This document shows, piece after piece, positions 9,814-18,466 of a stretch of 62,769 bases of DNA. The stretch spans positions 1 to 62,769 of the forward strand of contig CAYHHL010000009.1 in assembly GCA_964356325.1 (NCBI GenBank). Reading direction: 5' to 3'. Each line of letters opens with the position of its first letter. The stretch's first letter is position 1. The notes below the pieces were generated by a model. That model was not told the origin of the DNA and searched no databases. It saw only the letters and a program-made list of their open reading frames with translations. Made by a program: the position numbers and the translations under genes. The DNA is from an uncultured Enterobacteriaceae bacterium (GTDB lineage: Bacteria > Myxococcota_A > UBA9042).

Positions 9814-9958
9814 CAGCGCGATCCGCAAGCCCTGCCATCGCGGGAGAAGACGGGGCCGAGGCCGGCTTTCTGGCGCGGGCGACCTGGCCCCGCTATGCTG
9901 AGGCGCGCATCCGGGCTCCAGTGCACGGCCATGCCCACTGCGAAAGAGGCCGCTCCCC

Positions 9959-11035
9959 ATGACAAGTCGATGCTGTATCTGGGTTTGCTGCCTCTGGTTT
10001 GGCGTCTTGGGCTTCGGTTGCTCCGACGGCGAGACAGCCGCCAAGGCCAAGGCCGACGCCGCGATCGCCGACACGCTCGACACCGAGGACTCGGTGACGC
10101 CCCCTGACGCCGGCAGCGAGATCGTCGACAGCGCGACACCCGGGACCGATGCCAGCGCACCCGTCGACGAAGACGCCGGTCTGGACGCGACCTTGCGCAC
10201 CACGCCTGACGGTTGCGTCGCGAACTGCGCGCAAAGCGACGGCACGCCCAAGGTCTGCGGCGGCAACGGCTGCGGCTCGGTGTGCGGCTTCTGCAAGACC
10301 GGGTACTTGTGCAAGCCCGACGGCAGCGAGTGCATCGAACTGTGCAAGCCGAAATGCGACGGCAAGAAGTGCGGCGACAACGGCTGCGGCGGCAACTGCG
10401 GCACGTGCCAGGATAAGTTCCACTGCGGCATCGACTTCCTGTGCCACGAGGACGCCTGCGTCGGCTCGTGCGCGAGCAAGCAGTGCGGCGACGACGGCTG
10501 CGGCATCAGTTGCGGCGACTGCCCGCAAGGCGACCTGTGCGAGAGCACGGGACAGTGCAAACCTGGACCGTGCAAGGGTATTCCCAACGAGGGCAGTTGC
10601 GCGGGCGACATCCTCAAGACCTGTGTGGGCAGCGGCGCCTCGGCCACCAAGCTCAACACCGATTGCGGCGCGACCGCGGGCAAGACCTGCGGTTGGGATC
10701 CCCTCAAGAATGTGAATGCTTGCATCGAGAAGCCGCCGTGTGTGCCGAACTGCAAGACCCTCGACGGCAAGACCACCAAGGTTTGCGGCGACAACGGCTG
10801 CGGCAAACCGTGCGGCACCTGCACAAGCGGCTGGACCTGCAAGATCACCACTTGCGAACCGACGGTAGGCGCGGAATGCGGCTCGAGCTGGCCACCCGCG
10901 GGCAAGTGCTCGGGCAATACGCTGCAATACTGTTCGACCGGCTCGCCGCCCAAGATCGTCGAGTTGGACTGCAGCGAAGTGCCCGGTTGGAAATGCCAGT
11001 ACACCGGCAGCAAGTACGACTGCGTCTCGCCCTGA
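9959..11035 (+). CDS. Cys-rich repeat lipoprotein
   Basis: Lipobox-like GFGC, acidic D/A/T linker, four CxxxC..CGxxGCGxxCGxC repeats and two GxCxG(D/N)xLxxC modules; AAGAGG before the ATG. Confidence 0.8.
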   Translation: MTSRCCIWVCCLWFGVLGFGCSDGETAAKAKADAAIADTLDTEDSVTPPDAGSEIVDSATPGTDASAPVDEDAGLDATLRTTPDGCVANCAQSDGTPKVCGGNGCGSVCGFCKTGYLCKPDGSECIELCKPKCDGKKCGDNGCGGNCGTCQDKFHCGIDFLCHEDACVGSCASKQCGDDGCGISCGDCPQGDLCESTGQCKPGPCKGIPNEGSCAGDILKTCVGSGASATKLNTDCGATAGKTCGWDPLKNVNACIEKPPCVPNCKTLDGKTTKVCGDNGCGKPCGTCTSGWTCKITTCEPTVGAECGSSWPPAGKCSGNTLQYCSTGSPPKIVELDCSEVPGWKCQYTGSKYDCVSP

Positions 11036-11040
11036 CCTGG

Positions 11041-11877
11041 TTACATGCCTCGGGCTGCTTGCATGTTCACCAGCAAGTCCTTGTAGTTGACGCCTTGCCT
11101 GGCCCCTGCCGGACCGTAGAACACCTCGTCCAGCGTCAAACCGTGCGCGGGCGCCGTCTGCCCGGCGCGGCTGCGATCGCCGCCCAGCAGGATCTGCGGC
11201 ACTGTGAGTGCGTTGAGCCGGCCGCGACCTATGTCGACCAACGTGCCGGTGATGATGCGCACCATGTTGAGCAGGAAGGCGTTTCCATCCACGGTGACCG
11301 TCACGACACCCGGTTCCGGCTCGGCCACCTCCACGCTGCGCAGGTGACGGATCGTCGAGGCCGCGGTACAGCCGACCGCTCGAAACGCCGCGAAATCATG
11401 GATGCCTGCGAAATACACCGCGGCTGCTTGCATGGCCTCGACGTCCAAGGGCCCGCGCACTTGCCAGGCATTTCGCCGGCGCAGGGGCTGGCGCGCTTCC
11501 CCGACCGTCAACCCGTATACGTAGCGCTTGCCCACCGCGTCGGCGCGCACGTCGAACTCCGCGGGCACGTCATCCGCCGCCTGGATCGCCATGTCTTCGG
11601 GTAGATGTGCGTTCAGCCCGAGCATCAGGCCGCGCGCCGGCACCGTCTTGTCGGTTCGCACCAGCACCGGCATGCGGCGGGCGTGCACTCCGGCGTCGGT
11701 GCGGCTGGAACTGCGCGCAATCACAGGCTCGCCGAGCATCCGCAGCCAGGCCGCCTCGAGCGTGCCCGCCACCGTGCGCGTGCCTTCAGCCTGGCGTTGG
11801 AAGCCCGAGAAGTCGGTGCCGTCGAACTGCACCCACAGCAGCACGTGACGCGAGCGCTCGCGGTCCGCGGGCCTCAC
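11041..11877 (-). CDS. truA: tRNA pseudouridine(38-40) synthase TruA
   Basis: QFDGTDFSGFQRQ, SRTDAGVHA (catalytic Asp), FLLNMVRIITG, TAPAHGL. True start is GTG 11877, overlapping the upstream stop (GTGA); the 549-aa ORF-track call is over-extended. Confidence 0.95.
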   Translation of the reverse strand: MRPADRERSRHVLLWVQFDGTDFSGFQRQAEGTRTVAGTLEAAWLRMLGEPVIARSSSRTDAGVHARRMPVLVRTDKTVPARGLMLGLNAHLPEDMAIQAADDVPAEFDVRADAVGKRYVYGLTVGEARQPLRRRNAWQVRGPLDVEAMQAAAVYFAGIHDFAAFRAVGCTAASTIRHLRSVEVAEPEPGVVTVTVDGNAFLLNMVRIITGTLVDIGRGRLNALTVPQILLGGDRSRAGQTAPAHGLTLDEVFYGPAGARQGVNYKDLLVNMQAARGM

Positions 11878-13649
11878 AGATCGAACGCAATCCCGAAGGT
11901 CAGCATGTCGTCCGACAGGTCGATCGACTTGGGGTTGCCGAAATCCGTGAGCGAGAGCTTCTTGTATTCCGCGAACAAGTAGCTGTGGTTGACGCCCATT
12001 TCGATGTCGAAGCTGCGGGCGGACTGCGGCTCGAACACGTCCAACAGCAAGCGCATGCCCAACGTCCCGTAGAAACCGCCAGTGCCGCCGCGGCCGACGT
12101 ATTCCTTGCCGCCGATCGTAGTGCGCGACAAGTTGCCCAGGCCGTTCTCCATCCACCACAGCGCGTAGACGATACCGCCGCGAACATAGGGAATCAGCGG
12201 GAAGTCGTAGCGTTCGGCCAGCACGTCGAAGCGGTACACGGCGTCGAACGAGATCGGCACGATCGACAGCGTGGTGGTGTCGCCGGTCGTGGCACCGCCC
12301 TTCGAGAGGCTGTTGCCCTCCTTGGTCCAGCGCGCGGCGCCCATGCCCATCGAGAAATCCCCGAAACCGTTCCAGATTCGCCAATCTATCGTTGCGCCGA
12401 CTTCCCAGGCGCTGTCCTTCATGATCTTGGCGTAGGGCGTGAAGCCATTGGTGCCGACGAATTCGCGATCGATTTGCGGGGTGTAGCTGCCAAAGCGGAT
12501 GTCCAGGCTCGAGGTCAGGGGCGAGACAGCCTCGCTGCGGGCGGGCAGGGCGCAAAGGCCGAGCGCAACCAGGACAATCGGCAAGGCGCGCACCGACTTG
12601 CGCCGCCGGACCACTAGCCACGCCAGCCCCGCGAGCATCAGCAGGGCGATGAGCCCCGAGGGCGAGCGACCGACCGGAGCCGCACTGCACGCGGCGTAGT
12701 CGCCTTCTTCGGCCCCGCCCTTGTCCTTGTAGTACTCCCAGAGGTCTCGGACCTCGATGGGGGTGGCGGTCTTGATTGCCGATGGGGCGCTCTCGTTGTC
12801 GTGCGCATCGACGGCGACGACGGTGACGTTGTAGGGGATGTCATTGGTCAAGTTCGGGATCTTGTAGGAGGTGCCCGGCAACTTGTCCGACCTCGTTGAT
12901 TCAGGCAGGGCATTGAGATCCAGCGGCCCGGCCGACCAATACACCCGCGCGAAGTTGTCTTTCGCGTCGACGTAGCTCCAAGTGACGTTGAGGTTGTTGC
13001 CGCCTGGAGTCAGGCCGGTGATGGTCGGCGTGCCCGGGCCGGCCAGGTCGAGCTTGATGTCGAGCGTGATGCCGCTGGTCGTGGCGGCGGCGCCGGCCGT
13101 TGCGACCTGACCGCCGATGAGAAAGGCGATTTTGGCAGTGGGTTCGGTGCCGGCCGTGCACAGCGTGTCGCCGAGCAGGTCGCGCAGGTCGACTTCCACC
13201 GTCTCGCCCAGCGCGTTGGCCTTGAACTTCTCGTCGATGAGCAAGACCTTGCACTTGCCCGACGGGTCGGCGGTCGAGGACATCTCGGTGAGGCTGCAAC
13301 TCGCGCCCGGCGCGGCGACCTTGATGCCGTACGTGTTCGACGCTACGCCCGCCAGCGGCCGATCGAGCCAACTCCACTTGATCCGCACCTTGGGCAGCGC
13401 ATTCTTGCGGATCAGGTTGCAGTCCGCGATGTTGATGACGTGCTCGACGTTGATGTCGACGGCGCTGGCGGGAGACTTGAACAAGCGCTCATTGGGCGTG
13501 TAGGTCAGGCCCGAGATTGCGGCGATGCTGTCGATCTGAATGGTGATGGCCCAGGCCGACGCGCTAGTCAGAAGGAGCATCGTCACCGATACTGCCAGAG
13601 TCAGCACTTTCTTTGTCTGGCCAAGGGCCTGCCGCGCACTCCACACCAT
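11874..13649 (-). CDS. Secreted FN3-like protein with internal MYXO-CTERM-like segment fused in frame to an outer-membrane beta-barrel (MXAN_2561/MXAN_2562-like)
   Basis: Signal peptide (SAWA|I); FN3-like domain (PGTPTITGL...LNVTWS...YNVTVVAVD); CSAAPVGRSPSG + TM helix + RRRK; a second signal-like stretch (ARSEA|V); alternating-hydrophobic barrel ending GIAFDL. GGAGG before ATG 13649. Family names from memory of myxobacterial families. Confidence 0.8.
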   Translation of the reverse strand: MVWSARQALGQTKKVLTLAVSVTMLLLTSASAWAITIQIDSIAAISGLTYTPNERLFKSPASAVDINVEHVINIADCNLIRKNALPKVRIKWSWLDRPLAGVASNTYGIKVAAPGASCSLTEMSSTADPSGKCKVLLIDEKFKANALGETVEVDLRDLLGDTLCTAGTEPTAKIAFLIGGQVATAGAAATTSGITLDIKLDLAGPGTPTITGLTPGGNNLNVTWSYVDAKDNFARVYWSAGPLDLNALPESTRSDKLPGTSYKIPNLTNDIPYNVTVVAVDAHDNESAPSAIKTATPIEVRDLWEYYKDKGGAEEGDYAACSAAPVGRSPSGLIALLMLAGLAWLVVRRRKSVRALPIVLVALGLCALPARSEAVSPLTSSLDIRFGSYTPQIDREFVGTNGFTPYAKIMKDSAWEVGATIDWRIWNGFGDFSMGMGAARWTKEGNSLSKGGATTGDTTTLSIVPISFDAVYRFDVLAERYDFPLIPYVRGGIVYALWWMENGLGNLSRTTIGGKEYVGRGGTGGFYGTLGMRLLLDVFEPQSARSFDIEMGVNHSYLFAEYKKLSLTDFGNPKSIDLSDDMLTFGIAFDL

Positions 13650-13732
13650 CGCCTGCCTCCGCGCCCATTCTCGCGACTGGCCGGACCGACTGGACCGTGC
13701 CACCGTTGCGAACTCTCACGCTGCTTCCATGA

Positions 13733-13748
13733 TGCACGCCCCGTGCCA
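13733..13748 (-). promoter_or_regulatory. sigma-54 promoter of the fusion gene-truA unit
   Basis: Minus strand reads TGGCACG-GGGC-GTGCA: exact -24 box, GG-N10-GC spacing, one mismatch in -12; about 85 nt upstream of ATG 13649. Confidence 0.7.
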
Positions 13749-13850
13749 AAGCCGCTCGCCCGGAACATCTGACGAAACAGGCGGATGCGCCCCGATCGCA
13801 GCTACAGCGCCTGCCGTCCCGTCACGGTCTCGAGTCTACCGCGCCCCCCG

Positions 13851-13867
13851 GTGTGCCAAACTGGCAA
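13851..13867. promoter_or_regulatory. Palindromic candidate bEBP enhancer site (copy 2)
   Basis: GTGTGCCAAACTGGCAA, 16/17 identical to 9797-9813; core starts at 13854, 106 bp from the -24 T at 13748. Confidence 0.65.
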
Positions 13868-13888
13868 AGGCGCGCGAACTCACCGCCG

Positions 13889-14953
13889 TCAGTTGGCGAT
13901 CGTGCCCGCGCGCGGCGGTCGCACCAATGCGCCGTGTACCAGGCCGCGCTTCACCGCCAACTGCGCGATCTGCACCGCATTGGTTGCCGCGCCCTTGCGC
14001 AGGTTGTCCGCCACCACCCATAGCGCCAGCCCATGCGGCACCGACGGGTCGTTGCGAATCCGCCCCACGAACACGGCGTCCTTCTCGGCGACGTCGATCG
14101 GCATCGGGTAGCGCTTCTGACTGGGGTCGTCCACCACCACGATACCTGGCGCTTTTTCGAGGATGTTGCGCGCGTCGTCGGCCGTGAGCTCGTAGGTGAA
14201 CTCGACTGCGATCGATTCGCTATGGCCGGCGAACACCGGCACGCGCACCGCCGTCGGACACACCTTTATCTCGGGATCGTTGAGGATCTTGCGCGTCTCG
14301 TGGATGAGCTTGGTCTCCTCCTCGGTGTAGCCGTCGGCCTCGAACGCGCCGATGTGCGGCACCACGTTGAAGGCGATCTGCGCGTGGTGGATCTTGACGT
14401 CGAACGGCTTCTGGTTGAACAGCGCGATCGCCTGCGCCGAAAGTTCGTCCATGCCCTGCTTGCCGGCGCCACTGACCGATTGGTAGGTCGAGACCACGAT
14501 GCGCTTGATCCGCGCGGCGTCGTGCAGGGGCTTGAGCGCCACGACCATCTGGATGGTCGAGCAGTTCGGGTTCGACACGATGCCGTGGTGATCGTCCAGC
14601 GCCTCGGCATTGACCTCGGGCACCAGCAGCGGCACGTCCGGATCCATCCGGAACGCGCTGGAGTTGTCGATGCAGAAGCAGCCTCGACGGGCGGCCTCGG
14701 GCAGCAACAGCTTGGAGATCGCCGAACCCGCTGAAGCCAGGACGATGTCCACGCCGTCGAACGCCTCGGGCTCGGCCGCGCGCACGATCAGCTTGCGCTT
14801 GCCGAAATCGACCTCCTCACCGACTGAGCGCGGGGAAGCCAGGGCAATGACTTCGGAAAACGGGAAGCGCATCTCGTCGAGCACGGCCAACATCTCGCGG
14901 CCGACGGCACCGGTGGCTCCCAGGACGGCGACCTTGTAACGGGGCAGATTCAC
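13889..14953 (-). CDS. asd: Aspartate-semialdehyde dehydrogenase
   Basis: VLGATGAVG, DNSSAFRM, NPNCST (catalytic Cys), QSVSGAG, DNLRKGAATNAVQIA; GTG 14953 after AAGGAG. Confidence 0.95.
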   Translation of the reverse strand: MNLPRYKVAVLGATGAVGREMLAVLDEMRFPFSEVIALASPRSVGEEVDFGKRKLIVRAAEPEAFDGVDIVLASAGSAISKLLLPEAARRGCFCIDNSSAFRMDPDVPLLVPEVNAEALDDHHGIVSNPNCSTIQMVVALKPLHDAARIKRIVVSTYQSVSGAGKQGMDELSAQAIALFNQKPFDVKIHHAQIAFNVVPHIGAFEADGYTEEETKLIHETRKILNDPEIKVCPTAVRVPVFAGHSESIAVEFTYELTADDARNILEKAPGIVVVDDPSQKRYPMPIDVAEKDAVFVGRIRNDPSVPHGLALWVVADNLRKGAATNAVQIAQLAVKRGLVHGALVRPPRAGTIAN

Positions 14954-15124
14954 GGGACTCCTTTGCACCGGCCGAAAGCGGAGGCGATCTGGCTGGCTAG
15001 GGTGTGGGAAGGTCTACAGGCCAAAGCGACGGTTCGCATCGACCGGGCGCCGCAGCCGACGTGCAACCCGCGCCAGGATCGGCGTATGCCCGTCGTGGTG
15101 CAGGCGCGCATGCGACCGGACTGG

Positions 15125-16099
15125 CTACGAAACCGGCGCGGGTCCCGGGGGCGGCGGCGGAATGCCGGGTCCCGGCTCCGCTTGCCCCAGTCCCGGCGGC
15201 GGCGGCGGCACGCGCTGGGGCCGTGCGAGCAACGGTCGGTCGTGCATGCGCACCACCAGCGTGGTGATATTGTCGTGGCCGCCGCGCTCCTTGGCGACTT
15301 CGGTCAGCATGTGACACGCCGCTTCGGCCGAGGGCGCATCGTGCAGCACGCGGCCGATTTCCTCGTCGCGCACCAGATCGGTCAGCCCGTCGGTACACAG
15401 CAGGATCTGGTCGCCGGCGCGGATGCTCGCCACGTAGATGTCCACCACCACGCTCTCTTGCAAGCCCAGCGCGCGCACGATCACGTTCTTGTACGGGAAG
15501 TTCTCGATCTCGTCAGGCTGCAGCAGGTTCATCTTGATGTATTCGTTCAGCAGCGAGTGGTCCTCGGTCAACTGCTCGAGCTTGTTCTTGCGCATCCGGT
15601 AGACGCGGCTGTCGCCGACGTTGGCGACATACACGCGCGAACCGACGAATGCCGTCGCCACCACGGTCGTGCCCATGTCGCGCAACTGCTCGTGCTGCTG
15701 GGCCAGGCGGAACACCGAGATGTTGGCGCTTTCCACGGCCTTGCGCAGACGCAGCGCGTGGTGGCTCACGTCGCGCGCACCTGGCTCATCGGCGCGAATC
15801 GCTCGACGGTGGGCGGACTTGACGCGACGCGTGAGGTCGCGCGAATGGTAGAAGGCCTTGACCGCTTCGATGGTGAACGCCGAAGCGACCTCGCCGCACG
15901 CGTGGCCACCCATGCCGTCCGCGACGACGTACAGGGCCTGATCTTCCATGATCAGCAAGGCGTCTTCGTTGCCTTCGCGCACGAGCCCGACGTCAGTGAG
16001 CCCGAAGACTTCGCGGAACAGGCCCCTGCGGACGGCCGTGCTCGAACCGGAGACTACGGTCTTGGCGGAGGTCTTGGATTCGACGGTCGTTTGGCCCAT
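15125..16099 (-). CDS. PP2C-family Ser/Thr protein phosphatase with Pro-rich tail
   Basis: TDVGLVREGNED, VADGMGG, NVGDSR, LCTDGL, GGHDNIT motifs; start revised to ATG 16099. Confidence 0.92.
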   Translation of the reverse strand: MGQTTVESKTSAKTVVSGSSTAVRRGLFREVFGLTDVGLVREGNEDALLIMEDQALYVVADGMGGHACGEVASAFTIEAVKAFYHSRDLTRRVKSAHRRAIRADEPGARDVSHHALRLRKAVESANISVFRLAQQHEQLRDMGTTVVATAFVGSRVYVANVGDSRVYRMRKNKLEQLTEDHSLLNEYIKMNLLQPDEIENFPYKNVIVRALGLQESVVVDIYVASIRAGDQILLCTDGLTDLVRDEEIGRVLHDAPSAEAACHMLTEVAKERGGHDNITTLVVRMHDRPLLARPQRVPPPPPGLGQAEPGPGIPPPPPGPAPVS

Positions 16100-16194
16100 G
16101 CGCGGAACATCCCCTTGGTTCCGTTCCGTCGCACACAACTGCGCGTCATACAACGGTTGTCTTGCCCCGCACCGGGCGGATTCGCAGCCAGGGG

Positions 16195-16223
16195 AAGCTA
16201 GCCTGCCGCACGGCTCGTGTCAA
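16195..16223 (-). promoter_or_regulatory. sigma-70-type promoter upstream of the PP2C gene
   Basis: Minus strand TTGACA-17 nt-TAGCTT. Confidence 0.6.
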
Positions 16224-16280
16224 ACACCATCGCGCTGGCCGCAACGCGCGCAGAAAACTTCGCGAAATTCCTGGACAAGT

Positions 16281-17651
16281 CTACGGCCGCAAGCGGTCCA
16301 TCAACCGGGCGAACGGAATCGTCTCGCGCACGTGCGGGAGTCCGCAGACCCACGCGACCGTGCGTTCCAGACCCAGACCGAAACCGGCGTGCGGCACCGA
16401 TCCGTACTTGCGCAGATCCAGGTACCAATCGAAGGACTCCATCGGCAGCCCATGCTTCTCGATGGCGGCGCGCAGGGTCTCGTAGTCGTCCTCGCGCTGC
16501 CCGCCACCGATGATCTCGCCGTAGCCTTCGGGCGCCAGCATGTCCACCGAAAGGCTGCGCACTGGATCGGTCGGGTCGCGCTTCATGTAGAATGCTTTGA
16601 CTTCCGCGGGATAGCGATTCACCAGGATCGGCCGATCGTACAACTGCGTCAGCTTGGTCTCGTCGTCCGCGCCCATGTCGTCGCCAAAGGGCATGTCCGA
16701 ACCGAGCTCGTGCAGCTTCTCCACCGCGTCGCCGTAGTCCACCCGCGGAAACGGCTTCTGGATCAACGCCAGCGCTTCCCGTCGCGGCTTGAGCTGGCGA
16801 TCGTTCTCGGCCTCGGTGCGGATGCTGTCGATGGTGTCCAGCTCAGGTCCGCAATGTTCCAGGACTTTCTGGCAGATCGTGACGATCAGGTCCTCGGCGA
16901 GATCCATCGTCCCGTCCAGGTCCATGTACGCGGCTTCCGGCTCGACCATCCAGAACTCGGTCAAGTGTCGGCGTGTCTTGCTCTTTTCCGCGCGAAACGT
17001 CGGCCCGAAAGTGTAGACCTTGCCGAACGCCATCGCCGTCGCTTCGCTGTACAACTGCCCGGACTGGCTCAGGTAGGCCTTCTCACCGTGGTACTCGGTC
17101 TCGAACAGCGTCGAGGTACCTTCGCAGGCATTGGGCGTGAAGATCGGCGTGTCCATCAGCAGGAAGCCGCGATCGTCGAAGAAGTCCCGGATCGTCTTCA
17201 CGATGCGCGCCCGCACCCGCATGATGGCGTGCTGGCGCCGCGATCGCAGCCACAAGTGCCGGTGATCCATCAGGAACGCGACGCCGTGCTCCTTGGGCGA
17301 GATCGGGTAGTCGGCGTGCGCCTCAGTCACGATCGTCAGGCCGTCGCACGCCAACTCGTAGCCGATCGCCGATCGCTCGTCCTTGCGCACCGTCCCCGTG
17401 ACGATGAGCGAGGTCTCCTGGGTCAGGTGGTCGGCCTTCTCGAAGGTCACCTCGTCGACATCGCCTTTGAACATCACCGCTTGGATGATGCCCGAGCCGT
17501 CGCGGACCTGCAGGAAGTGCAGCTTGCCCTTGCTGCGGCGCCCATACAGCCAGCCGCGCACTTGCACGCGTTGGCCCTCGAACTGCGCGATTTCGCTGAT
17601 CGTGGCGACGGGCAGACCCGGCAGGATGAGGGGAAGTGCTGGGCTGGTCAT
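16281..17651 (-). CDS. asnS: Asparagine--tRNA ligase
   Basis: OB-fold ([11 protein letters not shown]), [53 protein letters not shown]; start revised to ATG 17651. Confidence 0.93.
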   Translation of the reverse strand: MTSPALPLILPGLPVATISEIAQFEGQRVQVRGWLYGRRSKGKLHFLQVRDGSGIIQAVMFKGDVDEVTFEKADHLTQETSLIVTGTVRKDERSAIGYELACDGLTIVTEAHADYPISPKEHGVAFLMDHRHLWLRSRRQHAIMRVRARIVKTIRDFFDDRGFLLMDTPIFTPNACEGTSTLFETEYHGEKAYLSQSGQLYSEATAMAFGKVYTFGPTFRAEKSKTRRHLTEFWMVEPEAAYMDLDGTMDLAEDLIVTICQKVLEHCGPELDTIDSIRTEAENDRQLKPRREALALIQKPFPRVDYGDAVEKLHELGSDMPFGDDMGADDETKLTQLYDRPILVNRYPAEVKAFYMKRDPTDPVRSLSVDMLAPEGYGEIIGGGQREDDYETLRAAIEKHGLPMESFDWYLDLRKYGSVPHAGFGLGLERTVAWVCGLPHVRETIPFARLMDRLRP

Positions 17652-17944
17652 GGAAATCCTCGTCGAGACCGGGCGGCGCCTCCACTGGACGCCATCGCGG
17701 CTTCGAACTGGCGCGAAACGACACAACGCGCGGTCGCCACCCGGAGGGCCGCATCCATGGCGGTCTTCAACGAGGTGGCAACCCGCGCGCGGTGTCTACT
17801 CTGAACCCGCACACCAGCTGCGTGCAGGTCTGGTGCGTGAAGGTCTTGTGCTGACCATCGACCTGGGCAGCCGCTTCTCGACGGCATGCCACGGCTGGCG
17901 CAAGGCAGGCAGAACCCCACCGTCTTACGCCAGAAGCTGTCGAA

Positions 17945-18232
17945 TTACTTGGAGTTGCCCTTGTCGACGCGGTTCTTCAGCTCGAGGCCGACCTTGAAGA
18001 ACGGCATGCGCTTCGGGCCCACGGCGACCGGATTGCCGGTCTTGGGGTTGCGGCCGGTGTACGCCGGGTACTTCCGCACGGTGAAGTTGCCGAAGTTACG
18101 GATTTCGATCCGCTCACCGCGCTTCATCGCATCGACCATCAGGTCGAAGATGGAGTTGACGACGATGCTGGCCTTGTCCTTGGTCAGGGTGGCCTTCTGG
18201 GCGACGTTCTCGATCAGGTCAGACTTAGTCAT
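17945..18232 (-). CDS. ihfB: Integration host factor beta / HU-family DNA-binding protein
   Basis: MTKSDLI, ERIEIRNFGNF, GRNPKTG, PFFKVGLELKNRVD. Confidence 0.85.
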   Translation of the reverse strand: MTKSDLIENVAQKATLTKDKASIVVNSIFDLMVDAMKRGERIEIRNFGNFTVRKYPAYTGRNPKTGNPVAVGPKRMPFFKVGLELKNRVDKGNSK

Positions 18233-18466
18233 GGGTTGGCTTCCTTGTCGTGGCTAATGGGTTGGATCCAGCGGCGCTTGTTTTCAGGCGGTCAATCTTT
18301 GGTGCCCAGGCGGTCAGTCGGAGCATTGCGCGCATGGATACCGCGGATTGCACCGTCCAGTCAAGGGCCTGCGAAACACCTTCCCGCAGATTTCGTCAAA
18401 GTCCCTCCGCCGTAGCCCTGGACCGTGGTCCTCGCGGTAGTGAAACAGGCGGACGGAGCGCCACGG

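Noticed and set aside
11874-12530. Calling the fused barrel GltH
   Set aside because: No GltH-specific evidence; its context fits the MXAN_2562-type barrel better, so no gene symbol was assigned.
11878-12690. N-terminal 271-codon extension of TruA in the ORF track (549 aa)
   Set aside because: It overlaps the barrel coding region in another frame; TruA homology begins at the GTG overlapping the upstream stop.
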